Virus record (IMG/VR): IMGVR_UViG_3300006139_000008
Reading direction: 5' to 3' (one strand)
Length of the DNA: 46,733 bases
From: a virus
Taxonomy: Duplodnaviria > Heunggongvirae > Uroviricota > Caudoviricetes
The notes beneath the pieces are model-generated. The model was not told the DNA's origin. It saw only the letters and a list, made by a program, of their open reading frames with translations, and made no database searches. Both the position numbers and the translations under genes were made by a program. Below are positions 1-8,638 of this stretch, piece after piece; the stretch's first letter is position 1; the number at the start of each line of letters is the position of its first letter.

Positions 1-456
1 AAGATTTTGAATTTCAAAGAAGAACTAAAAGATATCAAAGTAAATGGAGAAATAATTGATGTAACCAGAATGTCATCAGCTTATATCCTATTACTCCTCT
101 CTTATCTTCGTGTAAATATGAATCGCAATCCAGATAAACCCTTGTGTTGCTACCGGCTGTATCAAAAAATTACAGAGGATATTGGATTATCAGAACGTTA
201 CATATCAAGAATTGTAGTAATATTGGACGTACTAAACATTGTGAAACACAAAGAAGGAAAGCGGATCAGATATAAAAAAGAAAAAAATAAATATGGCTTT
301 ATCACTATGCCAAAAGTATTTGCCGATTACAGACATTTTGCAAAAGATAAAAACGGAAACCAAAAAATTGATTCTGATTATGATTATTCAAATGAAATAT
401 TCAAACAATTAGAAATTTTAGAAAACAGTAAAACAAAATGTAGAAATATAAGTTAA
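1..456 (+). CDS. Hypothetical phage protein, probably 5'-truncated by the window edge
   Basis: Frame is open from base 1 (AAG ATT TTG...) to TAA at 454-456; basic protein with no motif I recognise. Confidence 0.6.
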   Translation, partial: KILNFKEELKDIKVNGEIIDVTRMSSAYILLLLSYLRVNMNRNPDKPLCCYRLYQKITEDIGLSERYISRIVVILDVLNIVKHKEGKRIRYKKEKNKYGFITMPKVFADYRHFAKDKNGNQKIDSDYDYSNEIFKQLEILENSKTKCRNIS

Positions 457-1071
457 GTGACCACAAACAAAAAATTTATGCCAAACCCTAACGGCAATTA
501 CTGCTTAAAAATGGAGACACCATATGCGGCATCTCCAAAGTGTGTACACAGCATTACGCTAAATGCTTAAATTTTGCAGTGAGGCTTACAATTCACTGGT
601 TGAAAATTAACAGTTACAACCAGATACCTTCTCATGAAGAAAAGACGTTCCATCATAAGAAGGCTATCTGTCAAAATAGATTTGGTCTTTCGTGACCATG
701 GCGTGTTCTACACCAGCATCATTTAACTTATTAATAATAGTCAATTCTCTATACACTGAAATGCAATAGCGAATCAGTCTATATGAAGCCCAGATGACTG
801 CCGGTGAGAGAACAATAATAAAATTACCATATGTTCTCCTTTCGTATGTAAGTTCTCATAGTACTTGGAGATATATGGCTTAGTATAAAAATACTAATAG
901 TGCAACACTCCTTTACCGTACCTGACAGTTTGTCAGTTGAGTTTTATCATCAAGTTACATTGTGGTGCACCAAGAATATTATAACAGTAATTGCCTTGTT
1001 TGTTAATAAAAAGAATAGAGCTGTAAACAACAATCAATAAATTATAGAAAAGGAGAAGATTTTATTAAAGA

Positions 1072-1269
1072 ATGACAATTAAAAACACAAGATATGATTA
1101 TGAAAGCCCAAACTCTCATTTTGGAGGAATCATTTGTTTATCCGATTTTGATACAACACATCCTAGCAAGCGCAATATTGCAGGACGAATTGAATCTGAT
1201 TTGAAATTTGATGAGCAATGCAGAAGAAATGAAGAGGCGCGAAATAAAAGAATGAAGGAGAAAAAATAA
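1072..1269 (+). CDS. Hypothetical protein (65 aa)
   Basis: ORF with upstream AAGGAG; first gene of a tightly packed run. Confidence 0.7.
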   Translation: MTIKNTRYDYESPNSHFGGIICLSDFDTTHPSKRNIAGRIESDLKFDEQCRRNEEARNKRMKEKK

Positions 1270-1271
1270 AC

Positions 1272-1625
1272 ATGAAAAGGTTGCATTACATAAAAACAAG
1301 TGATTTTACTTTAGACATTGATTTAGAAAACGGGTACTGGATCCGTACAGATGCATTATATAATTATGATTTAAAAAGATATACAATAACTTTCTACATA
1401 AAAGAGAACACTATTGATACATACCATGCAATTGAAACACTAAACAATGAAAAGATAAGTTTTGATGGGAACAGAAAAACTATTAAGGCAGATATCCTCC
1501 AATATGTTTCATGTTTATTGTCACAAAACTATTTTGATGATTGTATCAGGCACTGTGAATATGAAATCAAATGCTTTGATAAAGGGCATAATTTATTTGA
1601 AGATGAAAGAGCTAAACAGAACTAA
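1272..1625 (+). CDS. Hypothetical protein (117 aa)
   Basis: AAGGAG SD inside the previous gene; stop overlaps the next ATG. Confidence 0.75.
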   Translation: MKRLHYIKTSDFTLDIDLENGYWIRTDALYNYDLKRYTITFYIKENTIDTYHAIETLNNEKISFDGNRKTIKADILQYVSCLLSQNYFDDCIRHCEYEIKCFDKGHNLFEDERAKQN

Positions 1626-2068
1626 TGTTAACAAAGAATGATTATAAATATTTCAACAAAGCAAAACAAACTGCTGATATATCAGATTATACTAAAACAC
1701 ATGTAGGGTGTATTGCTGTATATCAGGGCAATATTATTGGAATCGGTTGTAACTGTAATAAAACCCATCCAATGCAAAAACAATACAACCAATATCGGGA
1801 TATACATACTGTTGGTAAAACTGATGCATTGCCAAAACTACATGCTGAGATTAGCTGCTTAAATTCAATCAGGCAGATGCATGTTAATTTTACAAAAGTA
1901 AAGCTATATATCTACCGGATCCGTAAAGACCAGCCTTTTGGACTGGCCCGACCATGCCCATCCTGTATGGCTGCTATTAAGGATTTAAGAATCAGGGATA
2001 TATATTATACAACAAATGACGGCTATGCTCATGAGAAAATAGAATATATCAGGGGAGGTGCTGCTTAA
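1625..2068 (+). CDS. Zn-dependent cytidine/deoxycytidylate deaminase-family protein
   Basis: HAE (LHAEI) and PCxxC (RPCPSC) motifs; N-terminal H-x-G-C/A-x-x-V segment. Confidence 0.85.
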   Translation: MLTKNDYKYFNKAKQTADISDYTKTHVGCIAVYQGNIIGIGCNCNKTHPMQKQYNQYRDIHTVGKTDALPKLHAEISCLNSIRQMHVNFTKVKLYIYRIRKDQPFGLARPCPSCMAAIKDLRIRDIYYTTNDGYAHEKIEYIRGGAA

Positions 2069-2304
2069 TAGCCTGTGAGTATTGTAAAAGGACAGTAAAA
2101 CATGATTTTAGATGCCCAAATTATATTCCACCTAAGGCAAATTATTATTGTTCATCCTGTGGCAACGGAATATACGAAGGGGAAGAATATATAGAAAATG
2201 ACAATGGGGAATTTTGTCATTATGATTGTTTTTATAACATGAGAGATTTATTAGGATGGCTTGGATATGAAATTAAGACAATGGAGGGAAATTACTATGA
2301 CTAA
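2068..2304 (+). CDS. Cys-rich putative Zn-binding protein (78 aa), apparent ATA start
   Basis: Not in ORF track. GGAGGTG at 2054-2060; ATA overlaps the previous TAA; open frame IACEYCKR...CSSCG...CHYDC to TAA 2302-2304. Confidence 0.7.
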   Translation: MACEYCKRTVKHDFRCPNYIPPKANYYCSSCGNGIYEGEEYIENDNGEFCHYDCFYNMRDLLGWLGYEIKTMEGNYYD

Positions 2305-2416
2305 ACCAAAGTGGATTATTCCAATAATACATAATCTTCCACAATGCATTTATATATGTTGGTGGAATAGTGAATGGTTCATTGATAAGAATAATTGGAA
2401 TTGGTGGATTAAATAG
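2297..2416 (+). CDS. Small Trp-rich peptide (39 aa)
   Basis: GGAGGG SD at 2283-2288, ATG 2297; MTKPKWIIPIIHNLPQCIYICWWNSEWFIDKNNWNWWIK. Confidence 0.5.
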   Translation: MTKPKWIIPIIHNLPQCIYICWWNSEWFIDKNNWNWWIK

Positions 2417-2505
2417 AAATTTTATTTACAGCTTTGAAAATAACTTCAACATTCTAATAGTAATAAAAATTAAGAACCAATGAATATATTAACCAAAGAA
2501 AGGGT

Positions 2506-5283
2506 GTGTGTTTCATTAGTGAATTTGGTATTAAAATAAAAAATATTAGTGCCGGAATGCTATATGATGTAAATTTAGGAATTAGAGATTATTTTACATA
2601 TACAGATGCTATGTTGAATAATAGTCTTTTTAGCTACTTTTTACAAAAAAATGGATTGAATGTTTACAGAGGTAAAAAAAATAAGGAAAATTCAAAAAAG
2701 GAAAGTACACGAGATATTATATGTCTTGATTTCGATTTCGGAAGTCGTTCATATGAAAATGAATTAAATCGCCTTGAAAAATTATTAAATGTTGATTTAC
2801 CTGATAATTCTAAAGAAAGAATTAAAAATGCAATTAAAGAAGTACAATCAAAAAAAGATTTGTATTCTGAAAAAAAACGTGGAGAAATAAGAAAACTTTT
2901 TTATAATGATGGTGTTAATATTACATACAAAACCAAAAATAAAGATGGCTCAGTTAAAAATGAACACACAATTCATTATAAAATGCTATTTAGAACTAGT
3001 GCAAAAGCAAAGCTAGGACAAGTTATATTTATTAATGATAAGTTGTATGACTTGGCATATGATTGGCTTACTATTGGACTTGGGGAGAAAATGCTCCATG
3101 ACAATGCAAAGATCGTTGAAATGTCTGCATATGCTCCACTTACTACAAGCACAATTATCGGAAGTTTACATATTCCAGTGGAAGATATATTGATTTTAAA
3201 TGATCAAAATTCACATTTTAAAACTCTTGCTAATATCGTAAAAGCAGAAATATACAAAGATAGAAACGGAAATGAAAAGAAAAAGTGTATTGTAAACCAA
3301 GAAACAATAGAAGTTAAAAATACAATCTGGGATGGAATGGGAATTATTGAATCAGATATTCTTCCTGAATGGATAAACGGAATGGCTCTTATGCGAAATC
3401 ATTTATTTAAAATGTGTGGGCTTAGAGGGCATATTCAAATGTTCTTTAAAGATTGGTGTAAAAAAAAGGGATACAATTACCAAACACACCAGATACAAGA
3501 TATGTTTGGTAATTGGCACTATATAAAAGATATTAAAATGATTACCACCGATAATTCAATTAAATGGAAAAAATTTATAGAACTTATGGGGGGAACTTTA
3601 GAATCCGCTTATTCATATTGGTGTAATCGTATTCATGCAGATGGAGATATTTGGGGAATAGTAAAAACAGACCATCCAAGCAAATTGGGCAAATACCAGC
3701 AATTAAGCTATCAAATGATTAATACTCTTCCTTGTTCAAAAGCAGATGTTAAGAAAATCGCACAGACTAGTATCGACTTTGTTGAACTGTTAAAGAAAGA
3801 CAATAATGAATTTGAAAAATTCTTACGAAAAAATGCAAATGAAATTAATCATTATGAAATGCTTGCAGATTTATATAATCAAAATCATGAATTCGGGAAT
3901 TCCAAATGGTTTCGAGAAGAAAAGAAAAAAATTATATCAAGTTATGTATCCCGTTTAAGAAAAGGAAAAATACTTGTAAATGGTGACAACCTTACTGTAT
4001 TCGGGAATCCATATGCGTTACTATTATACTCTGTTGGAGAAGACTGGACAAAAGATCCTACCCTCATTAAAGAAAATGATACTATCCAATGTTATACAAA
4101 TAGATTTTCGGATGGTGAATATCTTGCTGCGTTCAGAAATCCTCATAACTCACCTAATAATATTTGCTATATGCATAATGTTTATAGTGATGAATTACAA
4201 AAATATTTTGAATTCAGCTCAAATATTGTAGCTATCAATTGCATTGAAACTGATATTCAAGATAGAGCAAATGGCATGGATGAAGATTCAGATTTTATGC
4301 TTTTTACTAATCATACAACCATCGTTGAGTGTGCAAAAAAATGTTATAAAAAATACCCTACTATTGTTAATGCATTAAAAGAAAGTGGAATTACTTATAA
4401 CAATACTATGACTGATTATTCAAATATGGATAATAAATTTGCTGGCTCTAAAATGGGAATTGGATGGTCTAGTAATTTAGCACAATTGGCAATGACATAT
4501 TATTGGACGGAAAAATCAAAAAATTACCCTAACGAAAAGAAATTAAAGGAATTATATGATAATTTCATTATTTTATCTGTATTAGCACAGGTTATTATTG
4601 ATGGATGTAAACGTGAGTACGAAATTGCTGGGGAAGACGAAATAAAAAGAATTAGCAAACTGCCTTGCATGACATTGAAAAAAACTATTACGGATAATAA
4701 TGGTAAAATTAGAGATATAAAATGTGATTTTCCTATATTTATGAAATATACTAAGGAAATAAAATATGCGAAAGATGGCAAGGAGTTACAATTTGAAGAA
4801 ATTAGCGAAAAGAAAGCAAAATTAAAAAATAGGATCAATTATGATTTGCAGTGCCCTATGAATTGGTTGGAAGAGTGGTTAGATAAAATACAGGGTTCTT
4901 CTACTTCAGATACTATTCCAACTGAAAATTTTTTTGTTAAGATGAATGGTAAGCCTAATAACAGGCAAATGTCAAAAATCCGTTCATTAATAGAAAAATA
5001 TGATTTATTTGTAAAATCTATTAATATATCTGAATCAGAGGAAGAAATACTTACAAATAAATTAATTGCAGAATCAGACTTATTGTTAGAAGAATTAAAA
5101 AAAATCAAGATAGGGAACATAATCACCATAAACCGTTTAATCGAAACATCTCTTGGATTAGAAACTGGTGTTGGTGTAAGCAAAAAACTTATAGGAATAA
5201 ATACACGGTATACCAGAAAAATGTTAAATTACTTATACAAAATGAATCGTGACAAATTTCTGATTAATTTTAAATCTGTATAA
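2506..5283 (+). CDS. yonO: YonO-like single-subunit (RdRP-fold, double-psi barrel) DNA-dependent RNA polymerase; real start probably ATT 2515
   Basis: 925 aa; catalytic DxDxD-type motif GMDEDSD (4279-4293) preceded by AFRNPHN; SPbeta-like synteny with YonK-like, phosphoesterase and HU genes. Confidence 0.85.
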   Translation: MCFISEFGIKIKNISAGMLYDVNLGIRDYFTYTDAMLNNSLFSYFLQKNGLNVYRGKKNKENSKKESTRDIICLDFDFGSRSYENELNRLEKLLNVDLPDNSKERIKNAIKEVQSKKDLYSEKKRGEIRKLFYNDGVNITYKTKNKDGSVKNEHTIHYKMLFRTSAKAKLGQVIFINDKLYDLAYDWLTIGLGEKMLHDNAKIVEMSAYAPLTTSTIIGSLHIPVEDILILNDQNSHFKTLANIVKAEIYKDRNGNEKKKCIVNQETIEVKNTIWDGMGIIESDILPEWINGMALMRNHLFKMCGLRGHIQMFFKDWCKKKGYNYQTHQIQDMFGNWHYIKDIKMITTDNSIKWKKFIELMGGTLESAYSYWCNRIHADGDIWGIVKTDHPSKLGKYQQLSYQMINTLPCSKADVKKIAQTSIDFVELLKKDNNEFEKFLRKNANEINHYEMLADLYNQNHEFGNSKWFREEKKKIISSYVSRLRKGKILVNGDNLTVFGNPYALLLYSVGEDWTKDPTLIKENDTIQCYTNRFSDGEYLAAFRNPHNSPNNICYMHNVYSDELQKYFEFSSNIVAINCIETDIQDRANGMDEDSDFMLFTNHTTIVECAKKCYKKYPTIVNALKESGITYNNTMTDYSNMDNKFAGSKMGIGWSSNLAQLAMTYYWTEKSKNYPNEKKLKELYDNFIILSVLAQVIIDGCKREYEIAGEDEIKRISKLPCMTLKKTITDNNGKIRDIKCDFPIFMKYTKEIKYAKDGKELQFEEISEKKAKLKNRINYDLQCPMNWLEEWLDKIQGSSTSDTIPTENFFVKMNGKPNNRQMSKIRSLIEKYDLFVKSINISESEEEILTNKLIAESDLLLEELKKIKIGNIITINRLIETSLGLETGVGVSKKLIGINTRYTRKMLNYLYKMNRDKFLINFKSV

Positions 5284-5510
5284 ATAGCAAAATTTTACCG
5301 AATTAATTTAATTAATAGGCACAAAAACCATTGTAAAATAAGGGTTTTTTACATGTACTTAACGTCCGTAATATGGAAGAAGAACAAAGAGAGTTCTTTA
5401 AGTAGTCTTCCACCGCCTTTGCCAATGCGGTATATAAATACGGATTCATGAATTAAAATATATAAATCCCACTCTGTATGGGTGGGTGGGATTCCCCACA
5501 AAAATAAAAA

Positions 5511-6129
5511 GAATATTTTATTGTAATTACAAAGAACTCAGTGAAGATTGGTTTAGTCACCATGCTGAGAATATGTGGATGCTGCCAAATTAAACCTTGG
5601 GATACTTAGGGCGGATTTGGACTGAAATACCGTGAGATATATTAGGATAAAGGCAAAGTCTTAAAAGCAAGCATATGTACTGAGAATAAACGTAGTAAAA
5701 GGCTGTGTCTGGTTGTCATCGTAATAGACGCTTTCTGTGAAAGAATAACCGTGATGCCTATAAACTGGTAATTTGTAGGATTAAGTAGCGGAATACCAAA
5801 TAAGATGATTTGTCGTGAGTGCTGAGAAATTGGCACAATAAAACCAGTTCAACGATTGAGTAGGCCAAGACAATGAAACTGATTCTGAAATCACTCATAC
5901 ATATATTGTAGAAAAAACAAAATATTAATATGTATTTGATTATATTATCTGAATGATGGCTGAAAGTTGGGAGTAACCACCCTTCCCTGTACATAGATAG
6001 GTGCACCCTATTGGATGAAAAGTTTATGGCTGACGGGTTGTAGGCTCAGATTCATCTATACAGTGGCTGAATATTACTGCGTTTATGGAGGCAGCCCGAA
6101 GGGGCATTTGTAATTACAATAAAGTATTC
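5511..6129 (+). ncRNA. Large structured ncRNA, ROOL-like candidate
   Basis: 5511-5533 GAATATTTTATTGTAATTACAAA pairs with 6107-6129 TTTGTAATTACAATAAAGTATTC (23 bp, one G-U); further long-range pair GCTGCC 5581-5586 / GGCAGC 6090-6095; many local hairpins; no credible ORF; tRNAs just downstream. Confidence 0.7.
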
Positions 6130-6212
6130 ATTCTCCATAGAATACTAATCTGTTATAATTCTAACACAGGTGGCAATGCTGCTATTCTTGCGGTTTGCCA
6201 CTTGTTTTCTTT

Positions 6213-6287
6213 TGGGGATTAGCTCAGTTGGTAGAGCGGTGTTCTTATAAAGCATGTTTGCCCAGGGTTCGAGTCCCTGATCCCCAA
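6213..6287 (+). tRNA. tRNA-Ile (anticodon TAT)
   Basis: Cloverleaf: TGGGGAT/ATCCCCA acceptor, GCTC/GAGC D-stem, GTGTT-CTTATAA-AGCAT anticodon arm, CAGGG-TTCGAGT-CCCTG T-arm; no encoded CCA. Confidence 0.88.
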
Positions 6288-6288
6288 C

Positions 6289-6364
6289 TGCTGGCGAGTG
6301 AAACGGATTATCACGGATGGCTCATACCCATCAAATAGCAGGTTCGACTCCTGTGCTTCAGCAA
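6289..6364 (+). tRNA. Atypical tRNA with CAT anticodon (Met or Ile2), irregular acceptor stem
   Basis: GTGA/TCAC D-stem, GATGG-CTCATAC-CCATC anticodon arm, GCAGG-TTCGACT-CCTGT T-arm; acceptor pairs only with a bulge or mismatch; G instead of U at position 8. Confidence 0.65.
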
Positions 6365-6495
6365 TTCTTTTGTCAGTTTTAGTAAAACAGACCTCCGTAG
6401 CAAGGCTCTCCGTCAACAGCCCAACAATAATGTTTATAATAATTTATCTGATAAAAAACTATAAAATAAATGTATCCAAGAAAGGAATTTTAAAA

Positions 6496-6705
6496 ATGGC
6501 AAATCAATTAAAGAAAACCAGAACAATTACAGATAAAGTTTCAGTCAAAGGCGTTTTATCCGAAGATGGCGCTACTATTTCATATATGAATGATAAAGTT
6601 GAAGAAGAAATCACTATTGCTGAGTGTTTAAAAGCATTTTTAGGGAAACCTGTAGATTTTTCCATTTCTGTAAAATCAGAAGATGAACTTCCAGAGGAAG
6701 AATAG
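6496..6705 (+). CDS. YonK-like small acidic protein (69 aa from ATG 6496)
   Basis: AAAGGA SD before ATG 6496; the longer track ORF overlaps a tRNA; position matches SPbeta order. Confidence 0.65.
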   Translation: MANQLKKTRTITDKVSVKGVLSEDGATISYMNDKVEEEITIAECLKAFLGKPVDFSISVKSEDELPEEE

Positions 6706-6720
6706 AAAGTTGGTGTACAT

Positions 6721-8076
6721 TTGCAAAATTTTATAGAAGAGCTGGCAAAATATGGGTTAACTCAAGAAACATATGAAGCAGCATGTAATGATATTGATAT
6801 GAAACAGGACGGTTCAGTTGATCTTGATTGGTCTGAAATAACTCAAAAGCATGGTATCAAACTGAATCCAGATAGTGTACGTAAGGCTAACGGCACTCCT
6901 TTTGGAGGAACATTTAGAACTGCATATTTCAAAAATAAATCCATATCATCTTCTATCACAGATACCGAAAAAGCAAAATCTGCTTATAAATCAGAACAAT
7001 CCATTAATAAAGACGGAACATATACGAGCAATAAATTAATTTCCATAACACAGGATGAATTGAAAAATCCTGTCAGTTTATTAGAGGCACATGGATTTGA
7101 TATAAAAGACTGGGAACTTGTTTCTGCAAGAAACAATATCTGGAATGTTTACAGCAAACAAGATGGTATTCAGGAATTATACTCCAGCAAGATTGTTGTA
7201 AAACCAAAAGAACAAACTATAGATTATGATAGGATTAATGAATGGTTTAATAAACTTGATAGAACGTATTCACTCCCAGCTTTAAAAACATCTGATGGGT
7301 ATCTAAACGGAAATAAATGTTTGTTGATTGATATCGCAGATTTGCATTTAAATTTACAAGCAACTATGTTTTCTACAGGTAATGAATATAACTGTGAAAT
7401 TGCAGAAAAATTATTCTTTTATGTTATAGAAGATATTCTTTCAAGAGTGGAAAAGTATAATTTTAACAAAATTATTTTCTGTATCGGAGGAGATATGTTA
7501 AATGGTGACAGCATTTCAGGTTCTACCACCAAAGGAACTCCCCAAGACAGTGATTTGTTATACTTTGACGCAACTGAAAAATTGTATGCAATGACTATTA
7601 AAGCTATTGATATTTTAAAACAAAAAGCACCAGTTGATGTTATATATATCAGTGGAAACCACGATCAATTATCAAGTTACAAGCTCGCTAAATTTATAGA
7701 AGCTTGGTACAGGAATGATAAAAATGTAATTGTAGATTACTCCCCTCTTCCAAGGAAATATATTAAATTTGGAAGAACATTATTTGCATTTGCCCATGAT
7801 GGAAATATTAAAACGCTTCCAAGATTAATTGCGGATGAAGCAAGAGAATATTGGAGTGATATTGACACTACTGAAGTATTTTTACAGCATTTACATACAG
7901 AACAGGTGTTGACAGAAGAATACAATATGAGAATACAAAGATTACCTACTATTTCTGCAAAAAGCGATTGGACTGTAAATAAGGGATTTGGAAGTAAGAG
8001 ACAGTGTAAAACTTTCATTTTTGATATTGAAGATGGACTGACTGATGTTTTGTATACACCTATTAAAAATATATAA
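6721..8076 (+). CDS. Calcineurin-like metallophosphoesterase (YonJ-like)
   Basis: DLH (IADLHL), GGD, GNHD, HDG and HLH metal-binding motifs in canonical order. Confidence 0.85.
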   Translation: MQNFIEELAKYGLTQETYEAACNDIDMKQDGSVDLDWSEITQKHGIKLNPDSVRKANGTPFGGTFRTAYFKNKSISSSITDTEKAKSAYKSEQSINKDGTYTSNKLISITQDELKNPVSLLEAHGFDIKDWELVSARNNIWNVYSKQDGIQELYSSKIVVKPKEQTIDYDRINEWFNKLDRTYSLPALKTSDGYLNGNKCLLIDIADLHLNLQATMFSTGNEYNCEIAEKLFFYVIEDILSRVEKYNFNKIIFCIGGDMLNGDSISGSTTKGTPQDSDLLYFDATEKLYAMTIKAIDILKQKAPVDVIYISGNHDQLSSYKLAKFIEAWYRNDKNVIVDYSPLPRKYIKFGRTLFAFAHDGNIKTLPRLIADEAREYWSDIDTTEVFLQHLHTEQVLTEEYNMRIQRLPTISAKSDWTVNKGFGSKRQCKTFIFDIEDGLTDVLYTPIKNI

Positions 8077-8102
8077 TTTGAAAAGAAAGGAATTTCGAAA
8101 AA

Positions 8103-8378
8103 ATGAAGAAAATTGATATTGTAAATAAACTTATGGAATTACGTGACACCAATAAGAAAGATTGTACTGAAATTGTTGACCAGGTAATTGACATTATGAA
8201 AAATGGTGTTAAGGAAGATGGCGAGCTGGATATTTTCGGATTTTTAAAAATCACAAAAGCCCACAAAGATGCTGGCACGGCCAGGAACCCACGGACTGGG
8301 GAAACAGTTGATGTTCCAGAGAAGAATGTTCCAAAGGTAAAATTCTCAAAGACTTTTAAAGATTTTTTGAATGAGTAA
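8103..8378 (+). CDS. hup: HU/IHF-family DNA-binding protein
   Basis: GFLKI...ARNPRTGETVDVP...PKVKFSK signature; 91 aa. Confidence 0.93.
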   Translation: MKKIDIVNKLMELRDTNKKDCTEIVDQVIDIMKNGVKEDGELDIFGFLKITKAHKDAGTARNPRTGETVDVPEKNVPKVKFSKTFKDFLNE

Positions 8379-8389
8379 TTTTACAAACG

Positions 8390-8423
8390 GCTTACGTTCA
8401 AAAATTGAGCGTAAGTCTTTTTT
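8390..8423 (+). terminator. Rho-independent terminator after HU
   Basis: GCTTACGTTCA-AAAAT-TGAGCGTAAGT followed by a T-run. Confidence 0.75.
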
Positions 8424-8638
8424 GTTTGTAGAAATATAAATTAGAGATTTACAGTGAGTGAAAGTAACTGCCAATCAGTGAAGTGACTGATTACCTTTAG
8501 ACGGATAAACCATTGGTGGTACGCATGTGTAGGGTATGCTCCTACCAAACCAACAATGGGGAGACTTGGAGGATAATTACCTCCCACTCTCCTTTTACTG
8601 AAAATATTATTTTTGAATAAAAGGAGAAAACAAATTAT

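Noticed and set aside
680-730. Resemblance to a purine or ZTP riboswitch
   Set aside because: Only scattered short matches; required stems and junction bases are not in register.
3980-6006. Track ORFs overlapping yonO or the ncRNA (3980, 4524, 4839, 5642, 5758)
   Set aside because: Shadow frames of a long gene or structured RNA; no SD, no motifs.
6213-6364. Idea that the phage tRNAs act as special initiators for the AUA/AUU starts
   Set aside because: Neither has three consecutive G-C pairs in the anticodon stem or a C1:A72 mismatch, the known initiator determinants.
6365-6430. Possible HDV-like (theta) ribozyme after the tRNAs
   Set aside because: Only two short hairpins found; I could not build the nested double pseudoknot.
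6298-6495. N-terminal 66 codons of the 135-aa track ORF, and antisense ORF 6219-6416
   Set aside because: They overlap the tRNAs; a good SD precedes ATG 6496.
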